A model generated the notes under the pieces. The model was not told the origin of the DNA, did no database searches, and saw nothing but the letters and a program-made list of their open reading frames with translations. Source: Candidatus Babeliales bacterium (GTDB lineage Bacteria; Babelota; Babeliae; Babelales; JANWKD01). From it: 64,000 bases of DNA. The DNA is taken from contig CAVXJH010000006.1 in NCBI GenBank assembly GCA_963762115.1, forward strand, positions 256,001 through 320,000, given 5' to 3'. Of this stretch, positions 31,070 through 42,255 are shown in pieces (the stretch's first letter is position 1; the number at the start of each line of letters is the position of its first letter). A program made the position numbers and the translations under genes.

Positions 31070-33070
31070 ATGTTAATAAGTATACTAGTGCTTTTTCTGT
31101 GGAGTTCTTTTGTTTATGCAATGGAAGAACGAATTTGTCCTCTTCCAAAAAAAAGTGAAATGAAAAAATATCTCGATAAAGCACCAGTTTTTTCAGCCCA
31201 ACAGTACGTATTTTCTGAAAAACTTGATGATATAGTTTCAACCGCAAAAATTATGGATATTTTGCAATCTAATCGTATTGAAGATCTTGTTACTTTTAAG
31301 ACAGTTGATGAACAAAGTATTACTGCTTTAAAAAAAGTTTGTTATCAGTCAAAATTTTTGGAAGCATTTATTAATTTCTCTCAAGAGCAAGGCGACACTC
31401 AATCTCGAAAGCAAGACGACATTCAATTAAAAGAATTAGATTATGCAACTATGCATAATGTTCTTTATCTTTGTGCGCTTACGATGCAAAAAGAGCATAT
31501 TCAAAAAAGAATGTTAGAGCGTTTATCGCTGGAAGAATCTGCTCAAATATGGGCTTACAGTGATTATTTTGGTATTGATAAAAAACCATTTGTTCCTCAA
31601 TATACACGTTATCTAATGAGTGAAGATGGTGTAAAAGATATAAAAAATGGTGAATTGAAGTTGTTGGGAGATACTACTTTACAAGATTCAGTTGAATTAT
31701 GTTCTGAAGAATTAAAAAGATATCCTCCGGGTTTGTTATGCTACGTGAAGGGTAGAGCTAAATCGTTTTTTGTAAATAAATATTTATATAGTTGTTCTAA
31801 TTTTGAAGAACCTGTTGGCAATATTTTAATCAATAATGCACAATCAGCAAAACTTACTTTTAATAGAGAGCATTCACATCTTAGAATGTGGGATTTGAAA
31901 ACGAATAAATTGTTATATTTGGTTAAACAAAGAAATCATACACTGCTTGGTGTATGTATGGGTTGTGATGATGCACTTATTATTACGTTATCTAATCACA
32001 ATGGACAATCGCATATTACGCTTTTTGACGCACAAACGGGTGAAAAAATTAATACCGTCGCGTTACAAAAAATACAAAATGAAACGGTAAGAGGAATTTC
32101 ATATCATCCTGGCGGTATTGTCATTCATAGAATAAATGACCTAAGTAATCAATATTATGCTTTCAATTTTTTAGAATCTATAAATGAAAATTATAGTAAT
32201 TTTTTGCAAAAAGCTTCAGGTAAGGTTTGTTTTTTACATCATCTTCTTGAACAAAAGGCAAAACAAAAAAATAAAAATAAAGTATTGGATCAATATATTA
32301 ATGAAATATTTCAAAAGTGTAATAGTGATGAAATAGGGTTAATTCATTCTTTATGGGCGCCAGTATGGCTATGTCAACCTAATGAACTTTTAGACCGCAT
32401 TGAATACGATATTCAAGAATTCAAAAATAATTCAGTAGCTAATTTAATGGAAGGTGCAGGTTCAGTGCTAAAAAAAACTTTCATGAAGGATTTGGGTGGA
32501 GCTGTGATTACTCCTGTTATTGGGATAATGGCAGCAAAATTTACAATGAATTTTTTGAAATCGCAAGGGTATTCAGATAATGTAATAGATACAGTAGGTG
32601 CATCAGGAGCGATTGGAAGTTCACTTCTCCACTTCTTGTGGCTAGATAAAAAAACAGCTTGGAAGGCAGGGGCCTATTTTTGGGTGTTTTTTGAATTGAC
32701 AACTAAGCCTGATGTTGGTTTTAAAAGAGGAATGTATCCTTTGGCCGCTATTGATTTAGGGGCAACATTGTTAAAAAATAGTTGGATTGCTTATGATAAA
32801 TATTCTTTCAAACGCGCACCAGGTTTATTAAAAACAGCTTTGAAATATGCAAAAATTTCTACTTTTTTTACGTATGCGGCCATTTCGCGTCCAGATTTGA
32901 TTACCAATCATCCTTATATAAGTTCAGCATTAGGATTAGTTTTTATGCGAAAATGGATGAAACAACATTACCAAATTCCTTCAATAGGTTTTTATAAAAA
33001 AACAGATAAATTTGGGTTTATGTGGTCAGGAAAAAAATTAACATCTAACGGAAAAAAATCATCATGTTAA
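31070..33070 (+). CDS. exported protein with Skp1/BTB-like N-domain, WD40-like repeats and hydrophobic C-terminus
   Basis: VTFKTVD..SKFLEAFI..AQIWAYSDYFGI; HLRMWDLKT, ITLFDAQTG. Confidence 0.7.
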   Translation: MLISILVLFLWSSFVYAMEERICPLPKKSEMKKYLDKAPVFSAQQYVFSEKLDDIVSTAKIMDILQSNRIEDLVTFKTVDEQSITALKKVCYQSKFLEAFINFSQEQGDTQSRKQDDIQLKELDYATMHNVLYLCALTMQKEHIQKRMLERLSLEESAQIWAYSDYFGIDKKPFVPQYTRYLMSEDGVKDIKNGELKLLGDTTLQDSVELCSEELKRYPPGLLCYVKGRAKSFFVNKYLYSCSNFEEPVGNILINNAQSAKLTFNREHSHLRMWDLKTNKLLYLVKQRNHTLLGVCMGCDDALIITLSNHNGQSHITLFDAQTGEKINTVALQKIQNETVRGISYHPGGIVIHRINDLSNQYYAFNFLESINENYSNFLQKASGKVCFLHHLLEQKAKQKNKNKVLDQYINEIFQKCNSDEIGLIHSLWAPVWLCQPNELLDRIEYDIQEFKNNSVANLMEGAGSVLKKTFMKDLGGAVITPVIGIMAAKFTMNFLKSQGYSDNVIDTVGASGAIGSSLLHFLWLDKKTAWKAGAYFWVFFELTTKPDVGFKRGMYPLAAIDLGATLLKNSWIAYDKYSFKRAPGLLKTALKYAKISTFFTYAAISRPDLITNHPYISSALGLVFMRKWMKQHYQIPSIGFYKKTDKFGFMWSGKKLTSNGKKSSC

Positions 33071-35598
33071 TAAGTATACTAGTGCTTTTTCTATGGAGTT
33101 CTTTTGTTTGTGCAATGGAAGAACAAACTTTTTTATCCTCTCAAATAGATGAAATGGATGATTCTAATGGAGTATTATCTTTTGCTGTAGAAAAATTTAA
33201 ATCTTTTCAAGAGCTTGATGGTATAGTTGCAAATGCGGGACTAACTGATTTTTTTAGGCCGCATGACTCATTGAATGTTACTTGGAGTCTTGAAGGAAAT
33301 CGTTTAAGAAGAATATTTGATAGGATTACCTTTAACACCGTTGATAAAAAAAGTATTACTGTTCCCAAAAAAATTTGTTTGCGGTCGAAATTTTTGGAAG
33401 CACTTATTAATTTTCCTCGAGAGCAAGACGACATTCAATTAAAAAAATTAGATTATGCTACCCTGCATAACCTAATTTCCATTTGTTATATTACAAATCA
33501 AAAAAAGTGTGTTCAAAAAAGAATATTAGAGCGTTTATCGCTGGAAGAATCTGCTCAAATATGGGGTGATAGTGATTATTTTATCATTGAAAAAGCACCA
33601 TTTATTCCTCAATATACCCGTTATTTAATGAGTAAAGATGGTGAGAAAGATATAAAAAAGGGTGAATTGAAGTTATTAGGTGATAATTTGGAGAATTCGA
33701 TTGAATGCTGCCAAGAAGAATTAAGAAAGTATCCTCCTAGTTTTCCACAATTTATGGCCGGTATTTTAAAAAAATCTTCATTAACTAGTAAAGCACAATT
33801 TTCAAAAACTGTTCCTTGGACTGTTTTGCATCCAGCTGGTGAACTTTCATCAAGCATATTTACTGTTTTTGAGTATAATATTGGAATATATAATGAATTA
33901 AATAATCAATTGCAGCTTAAGCGACTCAGCCATAAAATAAAAAAAGTTATAACAGTGCTTGATGATAATCAAGTTGTTCTTCTTTTTGAAGATGGCATAG
34001 GAATTTATGATTTAAAAAATAATGTGCTTAAATCATTTATTTCTGATGGCAAAGAAATTTTTTTTAATTCTTCAAAAACAAAAGCAAAAATTATGTACGA
34101 TGAGCCACGGCTCAGATTACCACCCATTATTAATTTTTCCCCTGAGCAAGAAGAGAATTATAATTTTTTTAAGATTGAAATCGGCGGAAATTACATTAAT
34201 ATATATCGACATAGAAGAATTGAATATGAGACTTATGCATGTCATCGTGCTTCAAGTAAGGTAAAAAAAGCAATTTTAGTAGAAGAAAAATCAGGTAATA
34301 TTAAAAAGAATAAAATTGTTTATAGTCAGGAAGGTGCTGAAAGTAGTCAAAGCGCTGTTCTCAAGATTGTTGCCGTTCGTGGTGATGATACTATTAATTG
34401 TAATCATGCAAAACCTATTGATGATTTTTTAATTAATAAAGCAGAATCGATTGTTGTAACGTTCAATAAAGAACATTCACATATTAAAGTATGGGATTTA
34501 GAAACGGGAACATTACTTAACACCTTAAAACAAAGAAATCATACATTGCTTGATCTTTGTATAAGTCCTGATGACACAAAAATTGTTACGCTATCAAACA
34601 ATAACGGACAATCGCATGTTACCCTTTTTGATATGCAGACTGGTGAAAAAATTAACACATTTTCATTACCAAAAATGGAAAATGGAAAAGTAGGAATCTC
34701 ATATCTTTGCGATAAAATTACCATTACATCTAATGGATCATTGGCTATTTATACACTCTTTGATAGAGAAAATATCGATGAAAAGTATATTGAACTTTTG
34801 GAACAAGGCACGGGAAAAACGTGCTTTTTACATCATCTGCTCGAACAAAGAAAAAAACAAAATGTTCTAAATGTTCACTTAGATCAACAAATGTATGAAT
34901 TATATAAAACTTGTGATGAACATGAAAAAAAATTAACCAATTTTTTTTGGGATACGCAAGAATGGTCATATGATCATGATAGTTTTATGGCAAAGGTAAA
35001 ACATGGTCTCCAGATGGTCAAAAATAATCCTACTTTGGTAAGTTTTATGAACGACGCTACTGCAGTAACAAAAAAAACTTTTACTAATAATTTTACTTAT
35101 GTTTCGCTATTTCCCTTTATATCCACTGTTTTATTAGGCTTAGTAATGAAGTCAAATTATATAGAAAGGAGTGGTATTGCCGTGCATCTAGGTGCATTTG
35201 GCGGTGCCTCTTTACCAATTTTTGTTGGTATGCGCTTTAATGATAAAAAAAAAATTATAAATAATTTTTATTATTGGTATCCATTTTTAATTTTGTTAAC
35301 CGGTACTGATTGTAGCTTAAAGGAATTGAGCGGTTTTTTTGCCATTGATTTGGGAGTTACTTTGTTTAAAAATAGCTGGCTTGCTTATGATAAATATTCT
35401 TTTAAAAAAGCACCGTTATTGTTTAAAGTGATGATGAAAAATCCTAAAATTACGAGTTATTTTTCCTATGCAACTGATGTGCGTAGAGATTTACTTGTAG
35501 ATAATTCTGGGGTGAATTTAGTTTTAGGATTATCTTTTATGTATAAATTGATACAGCCTTGGTATTCATTACCTTTTGCCAAAGAAGTACGGTGGTAA
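33064..35598 (+). CDS. paralog of 31070..33070 with longer beta-propeller region
   Basis: Near-identical 5' DNA; HIKVWDLETG, VTLFDMQTG. Confidence 0.7.
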   Translation: MLISILVLFLWSSFVCAMEEQTFLSSQIDEMDDSNGVLSFAVEKFKSFQELDGIVANAGLTDFFRPHDSLNVTWSLEGNRLRRIFDRITFNTVDKKSITVPKKICLRSKFLEALINFPREQDDIQLKKLDYATLHNLISICYITNQKKCVQKRILERLSLEESAQIWGDSDYFIIEKAPFIPQYTRYLMSKDGEKDIKKGELKLLGDNLENSIECCQEELRKYPPSFPQFMAGILKKSSLTSKAQFSKTVPWTVLHPAGELSSSIFTVFEYNIGIYNELNNQLQLKRLSHKIKKVITVLDDNQVVLLFEDGIGIYDLKNNVLKSFISDGKEIFFNSSKTKAKIMYDEPRLRLPPIINFSPEQEENYNFFKIEIGGNYINIYRHRRIEYETYACHRASSKVKKAILVEEKSGNIKKNKIVYSQEGAESSQSAVLKIVAVRGDDTINCNHAKPIDDFLINKAESIVVTFNKEHSHIKVWDLETGTLLNTLKQRNHTLLDLCISPDDTKIVTLSNNNGQSHVTLFDMQTGEKINTFSLPKMENGKVGISYLCDKITITSNGSLAIYTLFDRENIDEKYIELLEQGTGKTCFLHHLLEQRKKQNVLNVHLDQQMYELYKTCDEHEKKLTNFFWDTQEWSYDHDSFMAKVKHGLQMVKNNPTLVSFMNDATAVTKKTFTNNFTYVSLFPFISTVLLGLVMKSNYIERSGIAVHLGAFGGASLPIFVGMRFNDKKKIINNFYYWYPFLILLTGTDCSLKELSGFFAIDLGVTLFKNSWLAYDKYSFKKAPLLFKVMMKNPKITSYFSYATDVRRDLLVDNSGVNLVLGLSFMYKLIQPWYSLPFAKEVRW

Positions 35599-35700
35599 AG
35601 TTTATTGCTGGATCATTTGAAAAAATAAAGAGAAAAATAAAATGGATTTTTTGCAGAGAAGGTAACTAGGCAAAAAAAACATATTCATTACACTAAGAAT

Positions 35701-37680
35701 ATGTTTATACAAGTCAGACTTCTAAAGGGTTTTCAAGAGCCTTTATTATATTCAGTTCCCGAACAATGGCACGAACAAACAAAGCTTGGTGCCTTTGTGC
35801 AAGTGCCGTTGCGCAATCGTATGTGTTCAGCACTTATTGAACAAATTTTTGATCAGAAACCGATAACATCTTTTGCATTAAAACCATTACATGCCATAGA
35901 AACTATTCCTGATGATACTTCTTATTTTTCATTTATTGCGCATGTTGCCGCTTATTATCAAATTGATCAACTGCACTTGCTTAAACGCATTCGTCAATTT
36001 TTGCTTACAAAAGAATCAATTGAACCATTAGAATTATGTTTGCCATTTGAACAACAAGAGAAAAAAAATACGATATTAACAGAAGAACAAGCAGCCGTTT
36101 GTGATTTTTTGCTTCCGCATATTAAAAAACCAATATTCACGCCAATAGTGCTACACGGAGTAACAGGATCGGGAAAAACGGAAATTTATAAACGATTGAT
36201 TGAAATTGCTTTTAAAGAACAAAAAACTATTTTATTGCTGTTGCCTGAAGTGACTTTAGCGGTGCAATTTATGCTGTTGCTACAACAACAACTTGATCAT
36301 GAGATTCCTATCCTGACTTTTCATTCGGCAACAAGTCAGAAAGAAAAAAAACGTGTATGGCAATTACTGCTTGCGCAAAAGCCATGCTTGATCATCGGTG
36401 TGCATTTACCGATTTTATTACCCATTGCCAACCTTGGGTTAATTATCATTGATGAAGAGCATGATACAGGGTATCAAGAAAAAAAACATCCAAAAATAAA
36501 TAGTAAAGAAGTTGCTTTATTGCGAGCGCAGCAGATAGGCATTCCTATTGTACTTGGTTCTGCAACACCATCTTTGTCATCGCTTTATAATGTGAAAAAA
36601 AGAGGATGGCATTTTTTTCAATTAAAAAAACGTTTTAGTGGGGCATTTCCAACGGTTAATCTTGTATCCTTGATTGATAAAAAAAAGAGAAAGCGATCAT
36701 TTTGGATCAGTAAAGAATTAGAGGATGCGATTATTGATCGTATGCACAAAAAAGAACAAACGATTCTTTTTTTAAATCGTCGTGGTTTTAGTTTTTTTAT
36801 GCAATGTAAATCATGTAGTTTTATTTTTTCTTGTAAAAATTGTTCCGTGAGTTTGACCTTGCATGAGGATCATCGATTGACCTGCCACTATTGTGGTTTT
36901 TTTATGATGCAGCCAACATCATGTTCTGGTTGTAAAGCTGGTGAAAAAGAATTACTAAAAAAAGGGATTGGCACTCAACAATTGGTTTCTGTTTTACAAA
37001 CTATGTTTCCTCGTGCTCGTATTGCTCGTGCTGATATGGATGCAACGGTTAATAAAAAAGTTTGGCAACAAACAATGCTCGATTTTCAACAAGGCAACAT
37101 TGATATTTTAGTTGGCACGCAAACAATCACTAAAGGATATCACTTCCCTCGTGTTACGCTTGTTGGGGTAATTTGGGCAGATCTTGCTATTCATTTTCCC
37201 ATGTATAATGCGTCAGAAATGGCATTACAGCAACTTATTCAAGTTGCAGGTCGTGCAGGCAGGCAGAGTGAAAAAAGTCTTGTCATTGTGCAAACGATGG
37301 TTGAGCATTCGATTTTTGATTATATGCATGAGGTTGATTATCTTTCTTATTATACGCAAGAACTTGAATTGCGCACTGCATTGCACTATCCGCCTCTTGT
37401 TCGTTTGGTTGAAATTGAGCTTAAGCACAGTGATGAAGTTGTGCTTGAGCAGGAAGCAGCATTGTTTGTGCGTGTCATACGTAAGATGATTCAGGATAAT
37501 GAGCTTGAAGTTATTGTGTTGGGTCCTGCAAAACCACCTGTGCATAAAATTAAAAATTGGCATTCACGAAAATTGTATTTAAAAAGTGCGCAGATGCAGG
37601 AGCTACAACTTTTGTTTCAAGCCGTTGATAAAAGTAACTATCAAAGCAGTATTTTTTTTACGCCAAACCCATTGTGTTAA
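35701..37680 (+). CDS. priA: primosomal protein N' (PriA)
   Basis: HGVTGSGKTE, DEEH, GSATPS, four CxxC, QVAGRAGR. Confidence 0.97.
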   Translation: MFIQVRLLKGFQEPLLYSVPEQWHEQTKLGAFVQVPLRNRMCSALIEQIFDQKPITSFALKPLHAIETIPDDTSYFSFIAHVAAYYQIDQLHLLKRIRQFLLTKESIEPLELCLPFEQQEKKNTILTEEQAAVCDFLLPHIKKPIFTPIVLHGVTGSGKTEIYKRLIEIAFKEQKTILLLLPEVTLAVQFMLLLQQQLDHEIPILTFHSATSQKEKKRVWQLLLAQKPCLIIGVHLPILLPIANLGLIIIDEEHDTGYQEKKHPKINSKEVALLRAQQIGIPIVLGSATPSLSSLYNVKKRGWHFFQLKKRFSGAFPTVNLVSLIDKKKRKRSFWISKELEDAIIDRMHKKEQTILFLNRRGFSFFMQCKSCSFIFSCKNCSVSLTLHEDHRLTCHYCGFFMMQPTSCSGCKAGEKELLKKGIGTQQLVSVLQTMFPRARIARADMDATVNKKVWQQTMLDFQQGNIDILVGTQTITKGYHFPRVTLVGVIWADLAIHFPMYNASEMALQQLIQVAGRAGRQSEKSLVIVQTMVEHSIFDYMHEVDYLSYYTQELELRTALHYPPLVRLVEIELKHSDEVVLEQEAALFVRVIRKMIQDNELEVIVLGPAKPPVHKIKNWHSRKLYLKSAQMQELQLLFQAVDKSNYQSSIFFTPNPLC

Positions 37681-37686
37681 TGGTCT

Positions 37687-38967
37687 TTATTCATGTACGG
37701 CATAATTACAAAGGGCGAAGGTCAATTTGGTGCCAAGAATTTTTTGTAGTATGCCATCAAGCATAAATTTTCGTTGTGGAGAAAAATAACTATCAAGATC
37801 GTGTCGGTTATCAATAATGCTTTCAGCTGCATAATTGCCAAGGGCTGAAGCCCACGGTAAGCCTGCTGCACCACTGATGAAATAGAGATTTGGATTGGTG
37901 ATATCATAACCGGCGATGGGCATAACATCCTTTGTTAAACCAATCAGTCCAGGCCAAAAATAATCGAGATGTATGTTTATTTGAGGGAACTTCTTTTTAA
38001 AATAAGTCGTTAATTTTTCTACAACCGCATAATTGTGATGATTTTCTTGTGTTGCATACGTGTAGAGAAGATTGGATCCACCCAGCAAAAGTCTATTATC
38101 ACCCGTAATACGATAATAAGAATAAATAAGATCAGTATCCCACACCATTAAATTACGTTGGGGAAATATTTGTTGAACTTCTTTATCGGTTAATGGTGCT
38201 GACATCATGAGAAATGTTTGTGCGTGATATATTTGATGAGTCAGTTTATTAAGTTCTGGTAAAAATCGATCGATGCATACAATGACTTTTTCTGCTTTTA
38301 CGGCGGAATATACCGTTTCAACACCATTTTTGAGAAGTTTAGTTACGGGAGTTTCTTCAAAAATTTTCACCCCTTGTTCTTGCAATACTTTTTTCATTTC
38401 TTGGCAATATAAAAAGGCATTAATGCCAAAAGTATCAGGGTAACAAACACCGCCATAATAGTCTGATGAGCCAAGAATTTTTGGTAATTGATCTTGGGCA
38501 AAAAGAGAACTTTTATAACCAATTTTCAGGCGACTTTCATGTTCTCGTTGAATGCGATAGGGAAAAGCTGATGAGTTATTTGCAATAACTAAGGTATCTT
38601 GCATCTGATAATCGCATTTGAGTGAATAATCTTCTATGTTTTTTTTAATATGATCAACACCAGAAACAACAAATTGCCACAATGTTGTTGCACTTTCAAG
38701 GCCATAAATATCGATTAAATTGCTGAGTGAAAGTTCTGAGTCTGGGGTGATAAAACCTGAGCTTTTTCCTGAGGCGCCGGCACCGCAATAATTTTTTTCT
38801 AGTAAGGCAACAGAATAACCTTTTGCGTGAAAACGTTGTGCGGTAGTTAATCCTGCCATGCCACCACCAACAACAAGAACATCAACCGATAAAGGTTCTC
38901 GCAATGGTTTTACCGTTGCAAGATTGAGATACCAAAAAACTTCATCTTGGGGATATTGTTTATACAT
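37687..38967 (-). CDS. FAD-dependent oxidoreductase (DAO/PuuB family)
   Basis: DVLVVGGGMAG, GASGKSSGF, YYRITGDNRLLLGG. Confidence 0.9.
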   Translation of the reverse strand: MYKQYPQDEVFWYLNLATVKPLREPLSVDVLVVGGGMAGLTTAQRFHAKGYSVALLEKNYCGAGASGKSSGFITPDSELSLSNLIDIYGLESATTLWQFVVSGVDHIKKNIEDYSLKCDYQMQDTLVIANNSSAFPYRIQREHESRLKIGYKSSLFAQDQLPKILGSSDYYGGVCYPDTFGINAFLYCQEMKKVLQEQGVKIFEETPVTKLLKNGVETVYSAVKAEKVIVCIDRFLPELNKLTHQIYHAQTFLMMSAPLTDKEVQQIFPQRNLMVWDTDLIYSYYRITGDNRLLLGGSNLLYTYATQENHHNYAVVEKLTTYFKKKFPQINIHLDYFWPGLIGLTKDVMPIAGYDITNPNLYFISGAAGLPWASALGNYAAESIIDNRHDLDSYFSPQRKFMLDGILQKILGTKLTFALCNYAVHE

Positions 38968-38970
38968 ATA

Positions 38971-40440
38971 TCACGTATTATTTGGATTGTTTTTATAACC
39001 TTCAAGTAAGTTATACAGTTCAGGGTGAATTTCTTTATATGTTGTAACAAATTTAATGGGCGTCTGAGGTTTTTTTCTGCTAAAAAAATTATAGAAGGGC
39101 TTATTGATTTTTGCTCCCTTTTTGAGTAAAAAATCAATCGTTTCTAATTCACTTTCATTTTTTTGATAGAGACTTAATAGCATGCCGAATAATGAAGCTT
39201 TAACCGTTTCGCCTTTTATGATGGTAGAAATTTCTGTATTGGGATCAATTCCTCTTTCTATCATTTTTTTTATTATTTCAAAATAGAGAGGGTCCATTTT
39301 TGTTTTATATAATTTGATATTGTTTGTATCAAGAGTAAGTTCTGAACTTTCTAATAATTCTAGAGCAGATTGCGGTGAAAAACTCAATGCGTACATAAAA
39401 GGAGTTGCATCTTCATAATTGAGATATTGCGATTGGGAGGGTATTCTGCTTGGCAAATTAATATCAGCGCCATTAATTATTAAAGTATCTACTATATCGG
39501 GTAGGTTATAGTGAATAGCAAAAGCTAATAAATTCATATTTTTTATAAAAAAATTAGGATTAATACCAGCATTAAGTATGAAGTTCATTGCATTACGCAA
39601 TGACGCTTTTTGATGAAAGGGTTGATTTGCAATTTGGTTTAAGTAAAACAGTACATTATTGATAGTGCCAAGAACGGATTTGTCATCGGAGATTTCCAGA
39701 GGTGCCTCTTTATCATTAATTTGGTGATAATAGTGTATATTCTTAAATAGCTTTTGGATGATTTTTTGTTTTGTAGAATCCTGTTTAAGCGTTTCATAAA
39801 AATTAACCTTATTGCTTTTTGCAATACCTGTTAGATCTTTTATTGTTTGATAAAAAGTTTTTGAATCTTGAATTGAATCAGGAATTGTGTCTAAAATTAT
39901 AGCTTCAGTTAATTCCCAAGGGAGCCGAGGCTCAGCTTTGACCGTTTCTTTTTCTTTTTTTCTTTTCTCTTTTGCTTCACGTCTTTGTTGTTCTATTTTT
40001 TGTATAAATTCTAAGTTTTCTTTTTGCTTCTTTTGTTTTAAGTCTGCCTCTGCTTTTTCTTTTTCTAGTTTTTCTTTATTTTGTCGCTGTATTTTTTGTG
40101 TTTTTTCTTGATAAGCTTGCAATGCTTTTTTCTTTTCTTGTTTTCTTTTTATTGTTGCTTCTTGGAGTAACTTTTCTCGTGCTGCTAATTTTGTTTCAAG
40201 TTCACCTAATCCTTTTATTGGTTCTTGAAGTTTCTCTTTTTCTTTTAAGGCACATGCTTTTTCTGCTTTTTTTATGCTTAGTTCTTCGAGTTTATCATGT
40301 AATTGATCAAGAGCATTGGTGAGTTCTGCTAAGGTTTTTTGTAATAGAGGAGCAGATTGCATGGCGAATGTTGTATGGCTAACAAAAATAATTAAAAGAA
40401 AAAAAATAGTTGGTATCGTGAGTAGTTTTTTAATATTCAT
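38971..40440 (-). CDS. exported F-box-like/ankyrin-repeat protein
   Basis: Signal ..TFA-MQ; LPWELTEAIIL; LIINGADIN, LLKKGAKIN (track start 40482). Confidence 0.8.
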   Translation of the reverse strand: MNIKKLLTIPTIFFLLIIFVSHTTFAMQSAPLLQKTLAELTNALDQLHDKLEELSIKKAEKACALKEKEKLQEPIKGLGELETKLAAREKLLQEATIKRKQEKKKALQAYQEKTQKIQRQNKEKLEKEKAEADLKQKKQKENLEFIQKIEQQRREAKEKRKKEKETVKAEPRLPWELTEAIILDTIPDSIQDSKTFYQTIKDLTGIAKSNKVNFYETLKQDSTKQKIIQKLFKNIHYYHQINDKEAPLEISDDKSVLGTINNVLFYLNQIANQPFHQKASLRNAMNFILNAGINPNFFIKNMNLLAFAIHYNLPDIVDTLIINGADINLPSRIPSQSQYLNYEDATPFMYALSFSPQSALELLESSELTLDTNNIKLYKTKMDPLYFEIIKKMIERGIDPNTEISTIIKGETVKASLFGMLLSLYQKNESELETIDFLLKKGAKINKPFYNFFSRKKPQTPIKFVTTYKEIHPELYNLLEGYKNNPNNT

Positions 40441-40520
40441 TAGGCATCCCACATAATGATTAAGGCGATATGCCATAATCATAAGAAAGATGATTGTTTT
40501 CTTGCAATAGTTTTATTTCT

Positions 40521-40670
40521 TCATTTTTGGTAAAAACTTTGTGCTGTACTTAATCCTGCCATGCCGCCACCGGCAACAAGAACATCAATTGATAAAGATT
40601 TGCGCAATGGTTTTACCGTTTCAAGGTTGAGATACCAAAAAACTTTGTCTCGAGCGAAAATTTTATTCAT
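40521..40670 (-). pseudogene. truncated duplicate of the 5' end of the FAD oxidoreductase gene
   Basis: VFWYLNLETVKPLR..DVLVAGGGMAGLSTAQ matches the N-terminus of 37687..38967, stops after 49 aa. Confidence 0.85.
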
Positions 40671-40671
40671 A

Positions 40672-42207
40672 TTATATGTTCTTTGGATTATTTTTATAGC
40701 TTTCAATTAGGTCATAAAGTTCAGGAAATTCTTCTCTTTGTTTTTTAGCAAATTCAAGTGGAGTGTAAGTTTTATTAAAATTAACATCATGATATTCTTG
40801 ATTAATTTTTGCCCCCTGATCAAGTAAAAATTTAATAATTTCAAGATCATAAGTTCCGTTATTGAATAATAAAATACCAAATAAAGAGGTTTTACACGCA
40901 ATCATATATTTTCTTACATATGTTGTAATTTGTGCATTTGGATTAATTCCTTTTTCTACTAATGTTTTAATTATATCCTTAATGGCGGGACAAAATATTA
41001 TTTCGAAGGTTGGAAAGGCATGTATAATATTTTCACTGATAAGATCAATATTGAGATTTGGATTTTGTAATAATATACGTGCAGATTCAGGTGAGTTACT
41101 CAATGCCAGTATAAAAGGTAATTGATTATAATTTTTATTTAAGTGAGATTCATGGAGTTTTTCATGTCCTCTATAATTACCATTTTTTAAATTTACATCA
41201 GCGCCATTGTTAGTTAAATATTTAACGATATCACATTGATTGTTTTTAATTGCTATGTGTAATAAGTTATTTTCGTTTATAAAAAAGTTAGGGTTAACGC
41301 CTGCATCAATTAATGTTATTATTCCTTTATTAGTTATATAGGATTTTAATTTGTATATAACATTATTAATGACTTCCAATACGGTTGGATATTTTTTTGA
41401 ACGAGTTACACAATGACTTGCACGAGGAAATACTTTAAGAATTTCTGATAAAGGTATGGTGTTGAATAATCTTTTTATTATTTCTTTTTTTACATATTCA
41501 CTTTGAAGAATTTCATAATATTTTTTTTGTGATCTTGCAATATTTCGTAATGTTTTGATTGAATTGACGAAGGTTGTTTGATCGGTAATTGTTTCAGGAA
41601 TAGCAGCTAAAATAATTTTTTCCATAATTTCATTGGGTAATTCGGGTATCTCAAAGGTTTCATTTTCATTTGACTTCTTAATCATTTTTGATAGCAAACG
41701 ATTCACTTTTAATAAATCATTTTCTGATAGTGAAGGTAGTGACAATTTATTGTCGAGAAGAGCTTCTAAAGAAATTTTGAAATCTTTTTCTGTCGGTGCT
41801 GGTGGCATAGAAGGTCGATACAATGCATTTTTTGGTTTTTTAAATATTGAAGGGCATATCGGCAATTCATGATATGTTATTTCACAGTGTAATAATAAGG
41901 CATCTTTATCTGACATTTTTGGCAATGTTGGAGTAGGTTTTGGGGTAGAAGGTTGATAGACGCTTTTAAATACTGCAGGACATGAAGGCAGTTTATTATT
42001 GGGTTCGAATAGTTCTGGCAAAGATTCTTGTTGTAATTTTTTAATAAAAGAATGATCTGTATCAGTATAAAAAGTTAACGGATTAGATTTAGTAAGCTTG
42101 TTTTGCCAAGATATATCGGGATGATCATTCATACAAAACAAAGAAAAGTTCAAAAGCAAAAACGCACTAATGATAATTTTTTTTGGCAATGATTCGTTAT
42201 TATTCAT
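40672..42207 (-). CDS. exported F-box-like/ankyrin-repeat protein
   Basis: Signal ..LFC-MN; LPNEIMEKIIL; LLHIAIKN..GADVN; C-terminal half paralogous to 38971. Confidence 0.8.
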   Translation of the reverse strand: MNNNESLPKKIIISAFLLLNFSLFCMNDHPDISWQNKLTKSNPLTFYTDTDHSFIKKLQQESLPELFEPNNKLPSCPAVFKSVYQPSTPKPTPTLPKMSDKDALLLHCEITYHELPICPSIFKKPKNALYRPSMPPAPTEKDFKISLEALLDNKLSLPSLSENDLLKVNRLLSKMIKKSNENETFEIPELPNEIMEKIILAAIPETITDQTTFVNSIKTLRNIARSQKKYYEILQSEYVKKEIIKRLFNTIPLSEILKVFPRASHCVTRSKKYPTVLEVINNVIYKLKSYITNKGIITLIDAGVNPNFFINENNLLHIAIKNNQCDIVKYLTNNGADVNLKNGNYRGHEKLHESHLNKNYNQLPFILALSNSPESARILLQNPNLNIDLISENIIHAFPTFEIIFCPAIKDIIKTLVEKGINPNAQITTYVRKYMIACKTSLFGILLFNNGTYDLEIIKFLLDQGAKINQEYHDVNFNKTYTPLEFAKKQREEFPELYDLIESYKNNPKNI

Positions 42208-42255
42208 ATATTTTTCCCTAATATTTTCCCTAATGTATTTTTTTGAAAATGTATG

